A model generated the notes under the pieces. The model saw only the letters and a program-made list of their open reading frames with translations. It was not told the origin of the DNA and made no database searches. A stretch of DNA of 64,000 bases from contig CAVWIH010000015.1 of assembly GCA_963755025.1 (NCBI GenBank), forward strand, positions 29,910-93,909, written 5' to 3'. Shown piece by piece: positions 1 to 9,082 of the stretch. The translations under genes were made by a program, and so were the position numbers. Position 1 is the first letter of the stretch. Every line of letters starts with the position of its first letter. The stretch is from an uncultured Actinomycetes bacterium. GTDB taxonomy: Bacteria > Actinomycetota > Thermoleophilia > UBA2241.

Positions 1-300
1 GGTGTGGTCCTGCGCTTCCAGGCAAAACCCGGCAAGGGCGACGAGCTGTTCCAGCTCTGCAACGACCTTCACTTCACGGGTGACCCCGACGGTCCCGTGG
101 ACTGGTCGCTGAACCGTGACGACAGCAATCCGGACGTGATGTGGGCGTTCGAGTTCTACCGGGACCAGGAGTCCTTCGATCGTCACTACTCGAACCAGCA
201 ACTCGACGAACCCCACCAGCGCGTGCTCGATCTGCTTGCCGACGAAGAAGGGCTGGACCCGTCGATGCGCGTAGACGTCCACGTCGCCTTCTCGAGCTGA
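1..300 (+). CDS. Antibiotic biosynthesis monooxygenase (ABM / putative quinol monooxygenase) domain protein, 5' end probably outside window
   Basis: Frame open from base 1. Pattern LRFQAKPGKGDEL...WAFEFYRDQESFDRH matches the ABM dimeric alpha/beta barrel. Confidence 0.7.
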   Translation, partial: GVVLRFQAKPGKGDELFQLCNDLHFTGDPDGPVDWSLNRDDSNPDVMWAFEFYRDQESFDRHYSNQQLDEPHQRVLDLLADEEGLDPSMRVDVHVAFSS

Positions 301-340
301 TCGCGGCGGTCGACCGCACTGCACCCGCTCCCGACATCGT

Positions 341-1546
341 TCAGAAACGTTCGTATTCGCTACAACCCGCTGATCTCGATACCCGCGGTGGCCTTGGCCT
401 GATCAGTCCGGAGTCTCTGCGTCCGCAGTGGACGGCTATCGGCCACCGTTCTGACCACAAAGGGCCAGAGCGGACCCGCGGTAGCTTCGTCTGATAGCCC
501 GCCAAACGCTTCGATGATCTTCCACGCATCGTTGCGCATCTCCCGGTGCGCGCGATCCCCGAGCCTCTTGTCGATGCGCTCCTCGCTTCAGACGTGGCCC
601 CAGACCATGAGGCCGCCCGCCGCCACGAGCACCAAGGCGAGGGCCGTCGACGCCGAGCCGCGGTTCGGCTGCGTGCCCGCGAGGAATGATTTTTGATGTG
701 CGTCGCGTTTGGAGAGGCGGCACGTGCTTCCGCGGGGCCAGAGCCCTCCGCGGCTCGCAGGCGTCTGGGGAACACGAGCTCGGCCGCGTCGCGGTCGGCG
801 GGCGTGTCGACCTCGTACCAGCGGTCGGCCGGGAACTGCACGGCCTCGAGGGCCATGCTGCCGGCGGCGGTCATCTCGGCGAAGACGACGTCGTGGAAGT
901 AGCCGGTGTGGCCGGCCTCCACGTGCCGGTCCAGGCGTGCGCGCGCTTCGGCCCAGGCGCCGCGCCCGAGGCTCGTGAGATTGACGGTGATGAAGTGGTC
1001 GGCGGCCCGGCAGTGCCGCCCGTAGACGCCCGGGGGCGGCGAGTAGAAGGCGCTCACCGCGCCGCGCGCGTCGAGCGTCACCGTGGTGCCGCTCATCCAC
1101 GGCAGTTGCGGCGAGACGGCGATGCGGTCGGGCTGCAGCAGGGGCGCCAGCAGGGGCGCGTCGAAGACGATGTCGCTCTCGACGAGCAGGAACGGTCCGT
1201 CGACCAGACGGCTCGCCAGCCACAGCGAGTAGAGCGAGTTGGTGGTCGCAAAGCGCGGACTGACGACGTACTCGACCGACACGCCGCCGAACCCGTCGCC
1301 CAGGAAGTCGCGAACGCTGTCCGCCCGGTGGCCCACCACGGCGACGAGGCGCTCGAAGCCGTAGTCGTCGAGGGTGCGCACCAGCCGCTCGATGATCGGC
1401 ACTCCGCTCACCGAGACGAGGCACTTCGGCAGGTCGTCCGTGAACGGCGCCAGGCGGCTCCCCATGCCGGCGGCCAGCAGCAACGCCGTCCGTATCGGTC
1501 CGCCGCCGCCCGTGAGGCGGCCCGAGTTCAAGGTCAGCTTCCTCAT
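341..1546 (-). CDS. Phosphocholine cytidylyltransferase (LicC-like) / NTP transferase family protein
   Basis: LLAAGMGSRL...DLPKCLV, ESDIVFD and WYEVDT motifs; RBS GAGAGG upstream of ATG. The last ~140 aa look non-homologous. Confidence 0.8.
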   Translation of the reverse strand: MRKLTLNSGRLTGGGGPIRTALLLAAGMGSRLAPFTDDLPKCLVSVSGVPIIERLVRTLDDYGFERLVAVVGHRADSVRDFLGDGFGGVSVEYVVSPRFATTNSLYSLWLASRLVDGPFLLVESDIVFDAPLLAPLLQPDRIAVSPQLPWMSGTTVTLDARGAVSAFYSPPPGVYGRHCRAADHFITVNLTSLGRGAWAEARARLDRHVEAGHTGYFHDVVFAEMTAAGSMALEAVQFPADRWYEVDTPADRDAAELVFPRRLRAAEGSGPAEARAASPNATHIKNHSSRARSRTAARRRRPSPWCSWRRAASWSGATSEARSASTRGSGIARTGRCATMRGRSSKRLAGYQTKLPRVRSGPLWSERWPIAVHCGRRDSGLIRPRPPRVSRSAGCSEYERF

Positions 1547-1594
1547 GCCACCTCTCCCTCTGGCACAGACAACACGAGGCGCGAGGTGACGCCC

Positions 1595-1666
1595 TGAGCG
1601 GCGTGCGGCGATGAGCGGCGGGCGGCGATGAGCCGTGCGGCGATGAGCGGCGGGCGGCGATGAGCG
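1595..1666 (+). repeat. Tandem repeat of ~17-bp unit TGAGCGGCG(T/G)GCGGCGA, ~4.3 copies
   Basis: Read directly; lies between divergent genes, and the last unit supplies the ATG at 1660. Confidence 0.85.
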
Positions 1667-2412
1667 CGCGGGGCGCCGCGCGCGACGTCGGGAGCCCGGC
1701 GGCTCGATCCACAGCGGCCGCAGGCTCGCCGGCGAGCGAGCAGCCGTCAGGGCGGCCGACGTCGGGCGGCCGGGCGGCGCAGCCGCGAGAGGCTTCGCCC
1801 CGGCCGGTGCTCGCCTACGACCGCGAGCTGCCCAACCTCTGCTCGCTCGCCGGGCTGCTGGCGGCGTCGCTGGGCATCTGGTTCGCGGCGCGCGCCACGT
1901 ATCCGGCGGCCGTCGTCGCGCTCCTGTGGGCGCTCGTCTTCGACTGGAGCGACGGCCGCCTCGCCAGGCGCGCGCCGGAGCGCTCAGCCGAGCAGCGCGC
2001 CTTTGGCTTGGAGCTCGACTCGCTCGTCGACATCGTCACCTTCTGCGTGGCGCCCGCCGTGCTGCTGCTGCGCCTGGGGGAGCTCGGCGTCTGGTTCGTG
2101 CCGGGCGCCTTCGTAGTGCTCGCGGCGGGGGCCCTGCGACTCAGCTACTTCAACGTGTTCGGGGCGATCGACGACCACACGAGCCGCGGGTTGTCGCTCG
2201 ACAACAACGTGCTCGTGCTGGGGTTCCTCTTTGTCTTCGAGCCGCTGCTCGGCCGGGCGCACTTCGCCCTCGTGCTGTACGCGGCGCTGCTGGCGCTCGC
2301 CGCCCTCAACGTGGCCCCGATCGCGACCCCCAAGCTTGGCGGACGCTGGTATTACGTGGTCATCGCCTACGCCCTGGTGCTGAGCGGCATCTACGGGTGG
2401 CAGTTGCGCTAG
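1660..2412 (+). CDS. CDP-alcohol phosphatidyltransferase family protein (PssA/Pcs-like)
   Basis: Signature DWSDGRLAR...FGLELDSLVD; multiple TM segments. True start may be downstream. Confidence 0.85.
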   Translation: MSARGAARDVGSPAARSTAAAGSPASEQPSGRPTSGGRAAQPREASPRPVLAYDRELPNLCSLAGLLAASLGIWFAARATYPAAVVALLWALVFDWSDGRLARRAPERSAEQRAFGLELDSLVDIVTFCVAPAVLLLRLGELGVWFVPGAFVVLAAGALRLSYFNVFGAIDDHTSRGLSLDNNVLVLGFLFVFEPLLGRAHFALVLYAALLALAALNVAPIATPKLGGRWYYVVIAYALVLSGIYGWQLR

Positions 2413-3257
2413 AGGCGGCCAAGGCCCGGGGGCAGGGGCGCCATGGTGCGGTCGGAGATGCACAGGAGGCCCGAAAAACCCGACCTGGCGGCGCGCTGCA
2501 TGGCCTCGTCCCAGAGGCGGCCGACGTGCGCCGCGCAGTGGGCGTCGGAGCCGAGCACCAGGGGGATGCCGCGATCGCTAGCGGCGTGCAGCAGCGTGTC
2601 GCTCGGGTACATCACGCCAGCCGGGTCGGTGATGCGGTCGGTGTTCAGCTCGATGGCGGCGCCCGAAGCGGCGATGGCGTCGAGGGCGGCGGCGACGGCG
2701 GCTGCCGCCGCGGGTCCGGGCGTGTGCCCCCACAGGCCGATGTAGTCGAGGTGGGCGATGATGTCGAACTTGCCGAACTGCGCGGCCTGCCGCACCTTGT
2801 CGTAGTAGGCGGCAAAGAGGGCGTCGGGGTCGTCCCAGCGAGGATCGTGGCGCAGGGCGGGGTCGTCGAAGTCGAAGCCGTCGACTGCGTGCACGCCACC
2901 GATCACGTAATCGAACGGCTGGTCGTCGAGCATCGCGTGCAGCTGACCTTCGTGCTCGGGCGCGTAGTCGGCCTCGATGCCGAGGAGTACCGTGATGCCC
3001 TCGTGGCGGCTTGCCTCGCGGCGCACCTCGGCGCTGTAGCGCCCGAGGTCTGCGAAGGCGATGCTCGGCATCTTCCAGGGTGAGGGCTGCACCGCCGAGA
3101 TGTGGTCGGAGATGCCGATCTCGGACAGCCCCACGGCAATCGCCTGCTCGACGCTGTCGGCCACCGTGCCGGAGCCGTCGGAGTAGGTGGTGTGGGTGTG
3201 GTAGTCGCCGGGCAGGGCGTACGCCCTGCCGCCGCCGTTCGCGCGCGGTTCGCTCAT
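2409..3257 (-). CDS. Histidinol-phosphatase, PHP (HisJ/HisK) family
   Basis: DYHTHT, ISDH, GIEAD, AHLD and GSDAH PHP metal motifs; RBS GAGGA before ATG 3257. Confidence 0.85.
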   Translation of the reverse strand: MSEPRANGGGRAYALPGDYHTHTTYSDGSGTVADSVEQAIAVGLSEIGISDHISAVQPSPWKMPSIAFADLGRYSAEVRREASRHEGITVLLGIEADYAPEHEGQLHAMLDDQPFDYVIGGVHAVDGFDFDDPALRHDPRWDDPDALFAAYYDKVRQAAQFGKFDIIAHLDYIGLWGHTPGPAAAAAVAAALDAIAASGAAIELNTDRITDPAGVMYPSDTLLHAASDRGIPLVLGSDAHCAAHVGRLWDEAMQRAARSGFSGLLCISDRTMAPLPPGLGRL

Positions 3258-3404
3258 ATTTCGATCCTCGGTACGCGGTCCATGATCACACAGAGTACCC
3301 CAGCCGCCGGCCATTGACCCTGCGGCCGCCGTCTACCATGATCATGGTAGACGGGGTCCTGGACCTCGTCCACGTGAATCGACCAGCGGCGCAGGGAGCG
3401 GCTG

Positions 3405-5063
3405 ATGGCAAGGCGAGACGCTCTCATCGACGACCGCGACGGTTGGCGGCCCACAGACCTGTTCGGCATCTTCGCCCTCGTCGCGCTGCTCGGCGTCCTG
3501 TGGTTCGCGCGGTTCGACCTGATCACGGGGTTTGCGCCGCACACCGACGACGGGCTCTACCTCTACATCGGCCAGCAGCTCCTGCGCGGGGCGACGCCCT
3601 ACCGCGACGTCTTCGACAACAAAGGCCCCCTGCTCTATCTCATCAACGCGTTCGGGCTCGCGTTGGGCGGCGGTTCGTACTGGGGCGTCTATGCGCTCGA
3701 GTACGTCTTGCTCTCGGCGGCGGCGGCGCTCGCCTACCTGGTCCTCAAGGTGCGCGTCGGCCGGCTCGTCGCGCTGCTGGCGGTGCTCTTCTTCGTCCTC
3801 GAGATCGTGCACGTCGTCGCCGGCGACCACGAAGAGGAGTACGAGGTCGTCCTCCAGTGCGTGGCGCTCTTCGTGCTCTTTCGCCGGCCGGCGAGCGAGC
3901 CGCGGCTGCGGTGGTGGGTCGTGGCCGGCGCGCTCGGCGCCGGCGCTTTTCTGCTCAAGCCCACCGGCGTCGGGCTGTGGGTGGCGCTGCTGGCGGCGGT
4001 GCTGGTGATCTGCGCGCGAAGCGGCGCGTGGGGCACGTGGCTGCCGCGCCTGGCGGCCGTGGCCGGCGCCGTCGCTCTAGTCGGCGCCTGCTGCTTTGCC
4101 TACCTGAGCGCCATGGGCGCGCTGCACTCCTTCATCGCCGACTACGTGAGCTTCAACCTCATGTACTCAGGTCAGAACGGCATGGCCGACCGTCTCGCGA
4201 GCGCGTGGTACGGCGCGGGGCAGGTCGGCTACCTCGTGGTCGTCGCCGTGGTCGTTGCCTGGCTGCTCACGCTGCGCGGTGTCGTGCGCCGCAGCGGTCA
4301 GAGCGACGGCGCCGACGGCTTGGCGCTGCTGTGCGTGATCTGGCTGCCCGTCGAGGTCGTGCTGGCGGCCACGTCGGGTTACTCGCGGCTGCAGTACTAC
4401 TTTCTCTGGCTGTTGCCAGCGACCATGCTGCTTGGCTGCGCCCTCGCCCGGCTGAGCCGGTCCGACGTCGACGAGCACGCGACCAGGCGGGCGCGGCCGG
4501 ATCGCCCGCGGCTGGGCCGCTTGCGGTCGAGCTGGCCGGCGGCGCTGCTCGCCGCCGTGGCCTTCGCCGGTCTGCTGGCGCCGACGGCGACGCTGGCGCA
4601 CGAGCTCGCAGGGAGCGTCGTGCACCACAGTCGCTACGCGGCGCAACGGCCGCAGGCCGAGCAGATCGCCGCCTACGTCGACCGGCACACCGCGCCCGAC
4701 GACAAGGTCCTCGTGTGGGGAGGCTACGACGCGGCCGTCAACTTCCTCGCCAAGCGCCGCTCGCCGACCCGCTACGCCATGCAGCTGGCGCTCTACTACC
4801 CCGACTACGCCGTCACGGGCGTCCCGGAGTTCCTGCGCGAGCTCAAGGCCGACCCCCCGGCGCTGATCCTCGACACCTCGCCGAGCTACGGCTCGCAGTG
4901 GGGCACGGCGGTGCCGTCGCTTGCGGCCACCGATCCGTGGAGCTCGAGCCCGCCTGCCGTGCGGGCCGCTTGGGCGTCGGTGACCACGTACATCCACGCG
5001 CGGTATCGCCTCGCTGGCACGCTCGGCTTCGCCCCACAGTGGCCGGTATACGTACGGCGCTGA
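3405..5063 (+). CDS. GT-C fold membrane glycosyltransferase (ArnT / GT39-like)
   Basis: DDGLYLYIG...PYRDVFDNKGP first-loop motif, ~11 TM helices, C-terminal soluble domain. Confidence 0.75.
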   Translation: MARRDALIDDRDGWRPTDLFGIFALVALLGVLWFARFDLITGFAPHTDDGLYLYIGQQLLRGATPYRDVFDNKGPLLYLINAFGLALGGGSYWGVYALEYVLLSAAAALAYLVLKVRVGRLVALLAVLFFVLEIVHVVAGDHEEEYEVVLQCVALFVLFRRPASEPRLRWWVVAGALGAGAFLLKPTGVGLWVALLAAVLVICARSGAWGTWLPRLAAVAGAVALVGACCFAYLSAMGALHSFIADYVSFNLMYSGQNGMADRLASAWYGAGQVGYLVVVAVVVAWLLTLRGVVRRSGQSDGADGLALLCVIWLPVEVVLAATSGYSRLQYYFLWLLPATMLLGCALARLSRSDVDEHATRRARPDRPRLGRLRSSWPAALLAAVAFAGLLAPTATLAHELAGSVVHHSRYAAQRPQAEQIAAYVDRHTAPDDKVLVWGGYDAAVNFLAKRRSPTRYAMQLALYYPDYAVTGVPEFLRELKADPPALILDTSPSYGSQWGTAVPSLAATDPWSSSPPAVRAAWASVTTYIHARYRLAGTLGFAPQWPVYVRR

Positions 5064-5162
5064 CCGGCGCTCTCGACCGTTCGTCTTCACGGCATCCGAT
5101 CCGCCGTCGAATGGTAGATTCGCCGGTGTGCGTACCGACCGTCGTCGTCGAAGGAGCGTGTC

Positions 5163-5564
5163 ATGTCCCAAAGTGACCGGATCGCGCCGATGCTCATGTT
5201 CGGCGGGCGCGCCGAAGAGGCGATCGGCTTCTACACCGCGCTGTTCGACGACTCGAGCGTCGAGTCGATCGAGCGCTATGGGGCCGAGTACCCGGGGCCC
5301 GAGGGCCAGGTCGTGCACGCCCGCTTTCGCCTGGGCGGCCGGTTGTTCATGGCGATGGACAGCCACATCGAACAGCCGTACACGTTCACGCCCGCGACCT
5401 CGTTCTTCATGGAGTGCGCCGACGAAGGCGAGATCGACCGCCTGGCGACAGCCCTGAGCGAGGGCGGCGCGGTGCTCATGCCGCTCGGCGCCTACCCCTT
5501 CGCCGCCCGCTACGCCTGGGTGCAGGACCGCTTTGGCGTGTCGTGGCAGCTCATGCTTGCCTAG
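5163..5564 (+). CDS. VOC family protein (PhnB / 3-demethylubiquinone-9 3-methyltransferase-like)
   Basis: PMLMFGGRAEEAIGFY...WVQDRFGVSWQL; RBS AAGGAG. Confidence 0.9.
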   Translation: MSQSDRIAPMLMFGGRAEEAIGFYTALFDDSSVESIERYGAEYPGPEGQVVHARFRLGGRLFMAMDSHIEQPYTFTPATSFFMECADEGEIDRLATALSEGGAVLMPLGAYPFAARYAWVQDRFGVSWQLMLA

Positions 5565-5617
5565 CCTGGCCATCGCTCGCTTCGGGCCGCGGCCGTCTGG
5601 CCGCGCCCGGCGCGCCC

Positions 5618-7150
5618 CTACGCCTCTTCGACGGCCCCGGCAAGAAGGTCGGACTCGGTCGTCTGCGCGCCGCGGCTCTCCCTGCGCCCCCAGGCCCAGA
5701 ACCCCACCGCGACGAGCACGATGACGATGAACGAGCCGAACGTGACCGCCTCGAAGTAGCGGCGCCCGACGCCCCAGGTAGTGGTGATCGAGTAGCTCTG
5801 GCCGAGCAGGTAGTGGTCGATGAAGCCCGGCCACAGCAGCGTGAAGCCGGTGAGTACGACGCCGATTTCGGAGAGCAGCACCGAGACCCACAGGCCGAGC
5901 CTGCCGCCCGGCACCCGGAAGGGGCGCTGAACGTCGGGGAACTTGCGGCGCAGCGTGATGACCGCCGGCAGGCTGAACAGGTAGCACAGCACGGCGGTCG
6001 AGAGCACGAGACTGAGCATCACCGAGAAGAAGCTGGTGAGCGAGCCCTTGAGCACCGCCAGGATGTAGACCACGAAGAACGAGCCCACGATCCCCGACAG
6101 GATGGCCATCGAGACCGGCGTGCCCTGCTTGCTGAAGCGTCCCAGAATGCGCGGCGCGGCGCCGTCGAGCGCGGCGATGGCCTCGACCCGGCAGGAACCC
6201 AGGATCCACACCGAGCCCGAGCTGATCAGGGTCAGGATGATGACGATGGCGAAGACGTAGCCCAAAAAGCGGGCGCCGCCGCCGCTGCCGAACACGCCGC
6301 TGTTGACGGCCGCGAAGGCGCCGGTGAAGCCGCTCGCGCCGCTCAGGGTCTTTTCGGGCAGGGCGAGCAGGATCCCGCCGATCACCACGATGTACAGCAC
6401 GGCCGTGATGGCGCCCGAGCGCAGCACGCCGATCGGCACGTCGCGTTGCGGGTCGACCATCTCTTCGCTGGCGCCCGATTCGAGCTCGAAACCGACGAGC
6501 AAGAAGACGATGCTGCCGATCACGGCCAGAAAGCCGCTCACGCTGGGCTTGAGGGTGGAGAGCGGCGCGTGCCCGGCCGGTAGCCCCTTCTTGACGAGGT
6601 AGCCGACCACCAGGGCGCCGAAGAAGACCACGGCGACGGCTTTGACCCAGGCGCCCGCGTTCACCACCCACTTGCCGTGCTTGAGCGAGATGACGGCGAC
6701 CCAGATGCTCAGCCACACGAAGGCGAGGCCGATGACCGTCGAGGCGAGCCAGCCCAGGTCGGCGTGGTGATCGGGGTGCATGAAGAAGGCGTCGATGGCG
6801 GCGATCGTCACGCCCGACAACGTGCCGCCGATCCAGATCGCGTTGGCGACCCAGTAGAGCAGGGCCGTGATGCCGGCCGGCAGCTTGCCGTAGGCCATGC
6901 GCACCCACGTGTAGATACCGCCTTCGACCGGAAAGGTCGAGGCCAGCTCCGCGCTGACGAGACCGTAGGGCAGCAGAAAGACGAAGACGAAGACCACCAG
7001 CCAGGTGACGGCCTGCCACAGGCCGAAGCTGGCGACGCCGGCGATGGCGTCGAGGCCGATGATCGCGCAGACGCTGAAGAACACGAGGTCCCAGCGCCGC
7101 AGCACCCGCTTGAGTTTCGCCTTCTCCTGCTTGAGCTCGACGCCGGGCAT
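5618..7150 (-). CDS. APC family amino acid/polyamine permease
   Basis: AELASTFP.EGGIYTW, LVGFELESGASEEM.DPQRDVP, RPFRVPG; ~12 TM; RBS GGAGG before ATG 7150. Confidence 0.9.
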   Translation of the reverse strand: MPGVELKQEKAKLKRVLRRWDLVFFSVCAIIGLDAIAGVASFGLWQAVTWLVVFVFVFLLPYGLVSAELASTFPVEGGIYTWVRMAYGKLPAGITALLYWVANAIWIGGTLSGVTIAAIDAFFMHPDHHADLGWLASTVIGLAFVWLSIWVAVISLKHGKWVVNAGAWVKAVAVVFFGALVVGYLVKKGLPAGHAPLSTLKPSVSGFLAVIGSIVFLLVGFELESGASEEMVDPQRDVPIGVLRSGAITAVLYIVVIGGILLALPEKTLSGASGFTGAFAAVNSGVFGSGGGARFLGYVFAIVIILTLISSGSVWILGSCRVEAIAALDGAAPRILGRFSKQGTPVSMAILSGIVGSFFVVYILAVLKGSLTSFFSVMLSLVLSTAVLCYLFSLPAVITLRRKFPDVQRPFRVPGGRLGLWVSVLLSEIGVVLTGFTLLWPGFIDHYLLGQSYSITTTWGVGRRYFEAVTFGSFIVIVLVAVGFWAWGRRESRGAQTTESDLLAGAVEEA

Positions 7151-7360
7151 GAAGCCTCCGATCGCTTCCGTTCGGGGGTCCCGTGCCTGCCACGTGGCAC
7201 ACACACAACGGACCTGGGACGCGCAGCGCTCGCACGCTATCACCTCAGGGCCCTCGCGGACACGCCCGCCGCGCGGCGATCGCGGCGGGACACACCGCGC
7301 CGCACCTCCGGGCCGGCCGGGACGGCGTAGAATGGCACCCCGCGAACGGAAGGATTGCAG

Positions 7361-8602
7361 ATGAGCGACACCAAAGAGAGCCGGGCCGCGGGCGCCGCCT
7401 TCGGGCTGTTCCTGCCGCCCGTGCGCAGGCTGCTGGGCCCGGGGCCTTCAGACGTGCACCCGCGGGTCCTCGCCGCCATGGCGCGGCCGACGATCGGCCA
7501 CCTCGACCCTGCGTTCGTCGCGATGATGGAGCAGGTCAAAGAGCTCCTGCGCTACGCCTTTCAGACCGAGAACGACGTCACGTTCCCCATCTCGGGGCCG
7601 GGCTCGGTGGGCATGGAGACCTGCTTTGTGAACCTGGTCGAGCCGGGCGATACCGTGGTGGTCTGCCGTAACGGGGTCTTCGGCGGCCGCATGATCGAGA
7701 ACGTGCGGCGCTGCGGCGGCACGGCCGTCGTGGTCGACGACGAGTGGGGCACGCCGGTCTCGGCGGCCAAGCTCGAGGCCGCCTTGTGCGCGCACCCCGA
7801 GGCGTCGGTGGTCGCCTTCGTGCAGGCCGAGACCTCGACGGGCGCGCTCACCGAGCCGGAGCCGCTGGTCGCCCTGGCCCACAGCCACGGCTGTCTCGCC
7901 ATCGTCGACGCCGTGACGGCGCTGGGCGGCTCTCCGGTCAAGACCGACGAGTGGCAGATCGACGCCATCTACAGCGGCAGCCAGAAATGCCTGTCGTGCC
8001 CGCCCGGCCTGGCGCCGGTAAGCTTTGGCGCCCGCGCCGTGGCGAAGGTCCAGGCGCGCACCACCGAGTGCCAGAGCTGGTTCATGGACCTCGCGCTGCA
8101 GCTGGGGTACTGGTCGGCCGGTCCGCGCACCTACCATCACACGGCTCCGATCAACGCCCTCTACGGCCTGCACGAAGCCCTGCTCATGCTGCACGAAGAG
8201 GGGCTCGAGCCCGCCTGGCGGCGCCATCGCCGCAATCACGAGGCGCTGGCCGCCGGCCTGCACGCCATGGGGGTCGCGCTGTTCGTCGACGAGCGCGACT
8301 GCCTGCCGCAGCTCAACATGGTGGTCATCCCCGAGGGCGTCGACGACGCCGCCGCCCGCGGCCGGCTGCTCGAGCAGTTCGGCATCGAGGTGGGCGGCGG
8401 CTTGGGCGCGCTGGCCGGCAAGGTGTGGCGCGTCGGGCTCATGGGCTACGCGAGCCGCGAAGACAACGTGCTCGCCTTCCTGACGGCCCTTGAGTCGGTC
8501 CTTGCCGCGCAGGGGCGCCCGGTCGCCGCCGGCGAAGGCGAGGCGGCCGCTCGCCGGGCGTACGCCGCGTCCGCCGGGACGGGCGCGGCGGGCAGCCGCT
8601 GA
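7361..8602 (+). CDS. Alanine-glyoxylate / serine-pyruvate aminotransferase (class V PLP enzyme)
   Basis: LLGPGPS, AETSTG, VDAV, YSGSQKCLSCPPG (PLP Lys), YHHTAP, WRVGLMG; TAGAAT -10-like hexamer upstream. Confidence 0.92.
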   Translation: MSDTKESRAAGAAFGLFLPPVRRLLGPGPSDVHPRVLAAMARPTIGHLDPAFVAMMEQVKELLRYAFQTENDVTFPISGPGSVGMETCFVNLVEPGDTVVVCRNGVFGGRMIENVRRCGGTAVVVDDEWGTPVSAAKLEAALCAHPEASVVAFVQAETSTGALTEPEPLVALAHSHGCLAIVDAVTALGGSPVKTDEWQIDAIYSGSQKCLSCPPGLAPVSFGARAVAKVQARTTECQSWFMDLALQLGYWSAGPRTYHHTAPINALYGLHEALLMLHEEGLEPAWRRHRRNHEALAAGLHAMGVALFVDERDCLPQLNMVVIPEGVDDAAARGRLLEQFGIEVGGGLGALAGKVWRVGLMGYASREDNVLAFLTALESVLAAQGRPVAAGEGEAAARRAYAASAGTGAAGSR

Positions 8603-8724
8603 GGCCCGCCCGCCGGTAGCATTCTCTGACCGGACCGCAGGCTTGCAGAACGCCCTCAGTCGATCAGTATGCAGACAAGGGTCTGCGCACCTGCGGGGCC
8701 GATCCGGAGAGTGCGACGCGGGCC
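8603..8724. other. Long imperfect rod-like palindrome (possible ncRNA, terminator or REP-like element)
   Basis: Nested pairings GGCCCGC/GCGGGCC, GCATTCTCT/GGAGAGTGC, CCGCAGG/CCTGCGG, TGCAGA/TCTGCG. Confidence 0.55.
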
Positions 8725-8864
8725 GCCATCGCACGCGTCGCGAGAGCCGCGCAAGGTGCCCATCATCAGCAGCGCCGCCGCCCCGTGACGCTCACCGTGC
8801 ACCGGTAGACGACCCCGGCGCTCAAGGATCCCGTTCTCGCCGTCGACCTTTGCAGGCGACGCAC

Positions 8865-8963
8865 GACCGTTTCACCGGTCCCGGCACGTTCTACCTGCAG
8901 ACCCGGAGCACCGCGGCCTTCGTGAGCTGGCTCGTGCCGCTGCTGCCCAAGACCAACGACTGA
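8865..8963 (+). pseudogene. 3' remnant of AIM24 / TIGR00266 family gene
   Basis: DRFTGPGTFYLQTRSTAAFVSWLVPLLP* resembles the conserved C-terminus of TIGR00266 proteins; upstream part absent. Confidence 0.6.
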
Positions 8964-9082
8964 GAAGGTGCGCCCTGGGCGGAACGGGGCCGGCGGCAGC
9001 CGGCGGTCACGGCGAAGAGTGGCGGCGGTCGGAGTGATACCATCTCGCGGCACGCCCAACCTCTGACCCGGGGAAGCCGCTG

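Noticed and set aside
588-590. Selenocysteine read-through at the in-frame TGA
   Set aside because: No Cys-homologous redox motif or recognisable selenoprotein context, and no convincing SECIS.
4167-7235. 1022-aa minus-strand ORF and many other long Arg/Ala/Gly-rich ORFs (e.g. 3011-5176, 20128-22728, 26403-28649, 16782-18968)
   Set aside because: Shadow frames of real genes, caused by stop-codon scarcity in high-GC DNA; no motifs.
8603-8724. SRP RNA or 6S RNA
   Set aside because: Lacks the SRP CAGG...GGAA...AGCAG domain IV motif; too short and without the central bubble for 6S.
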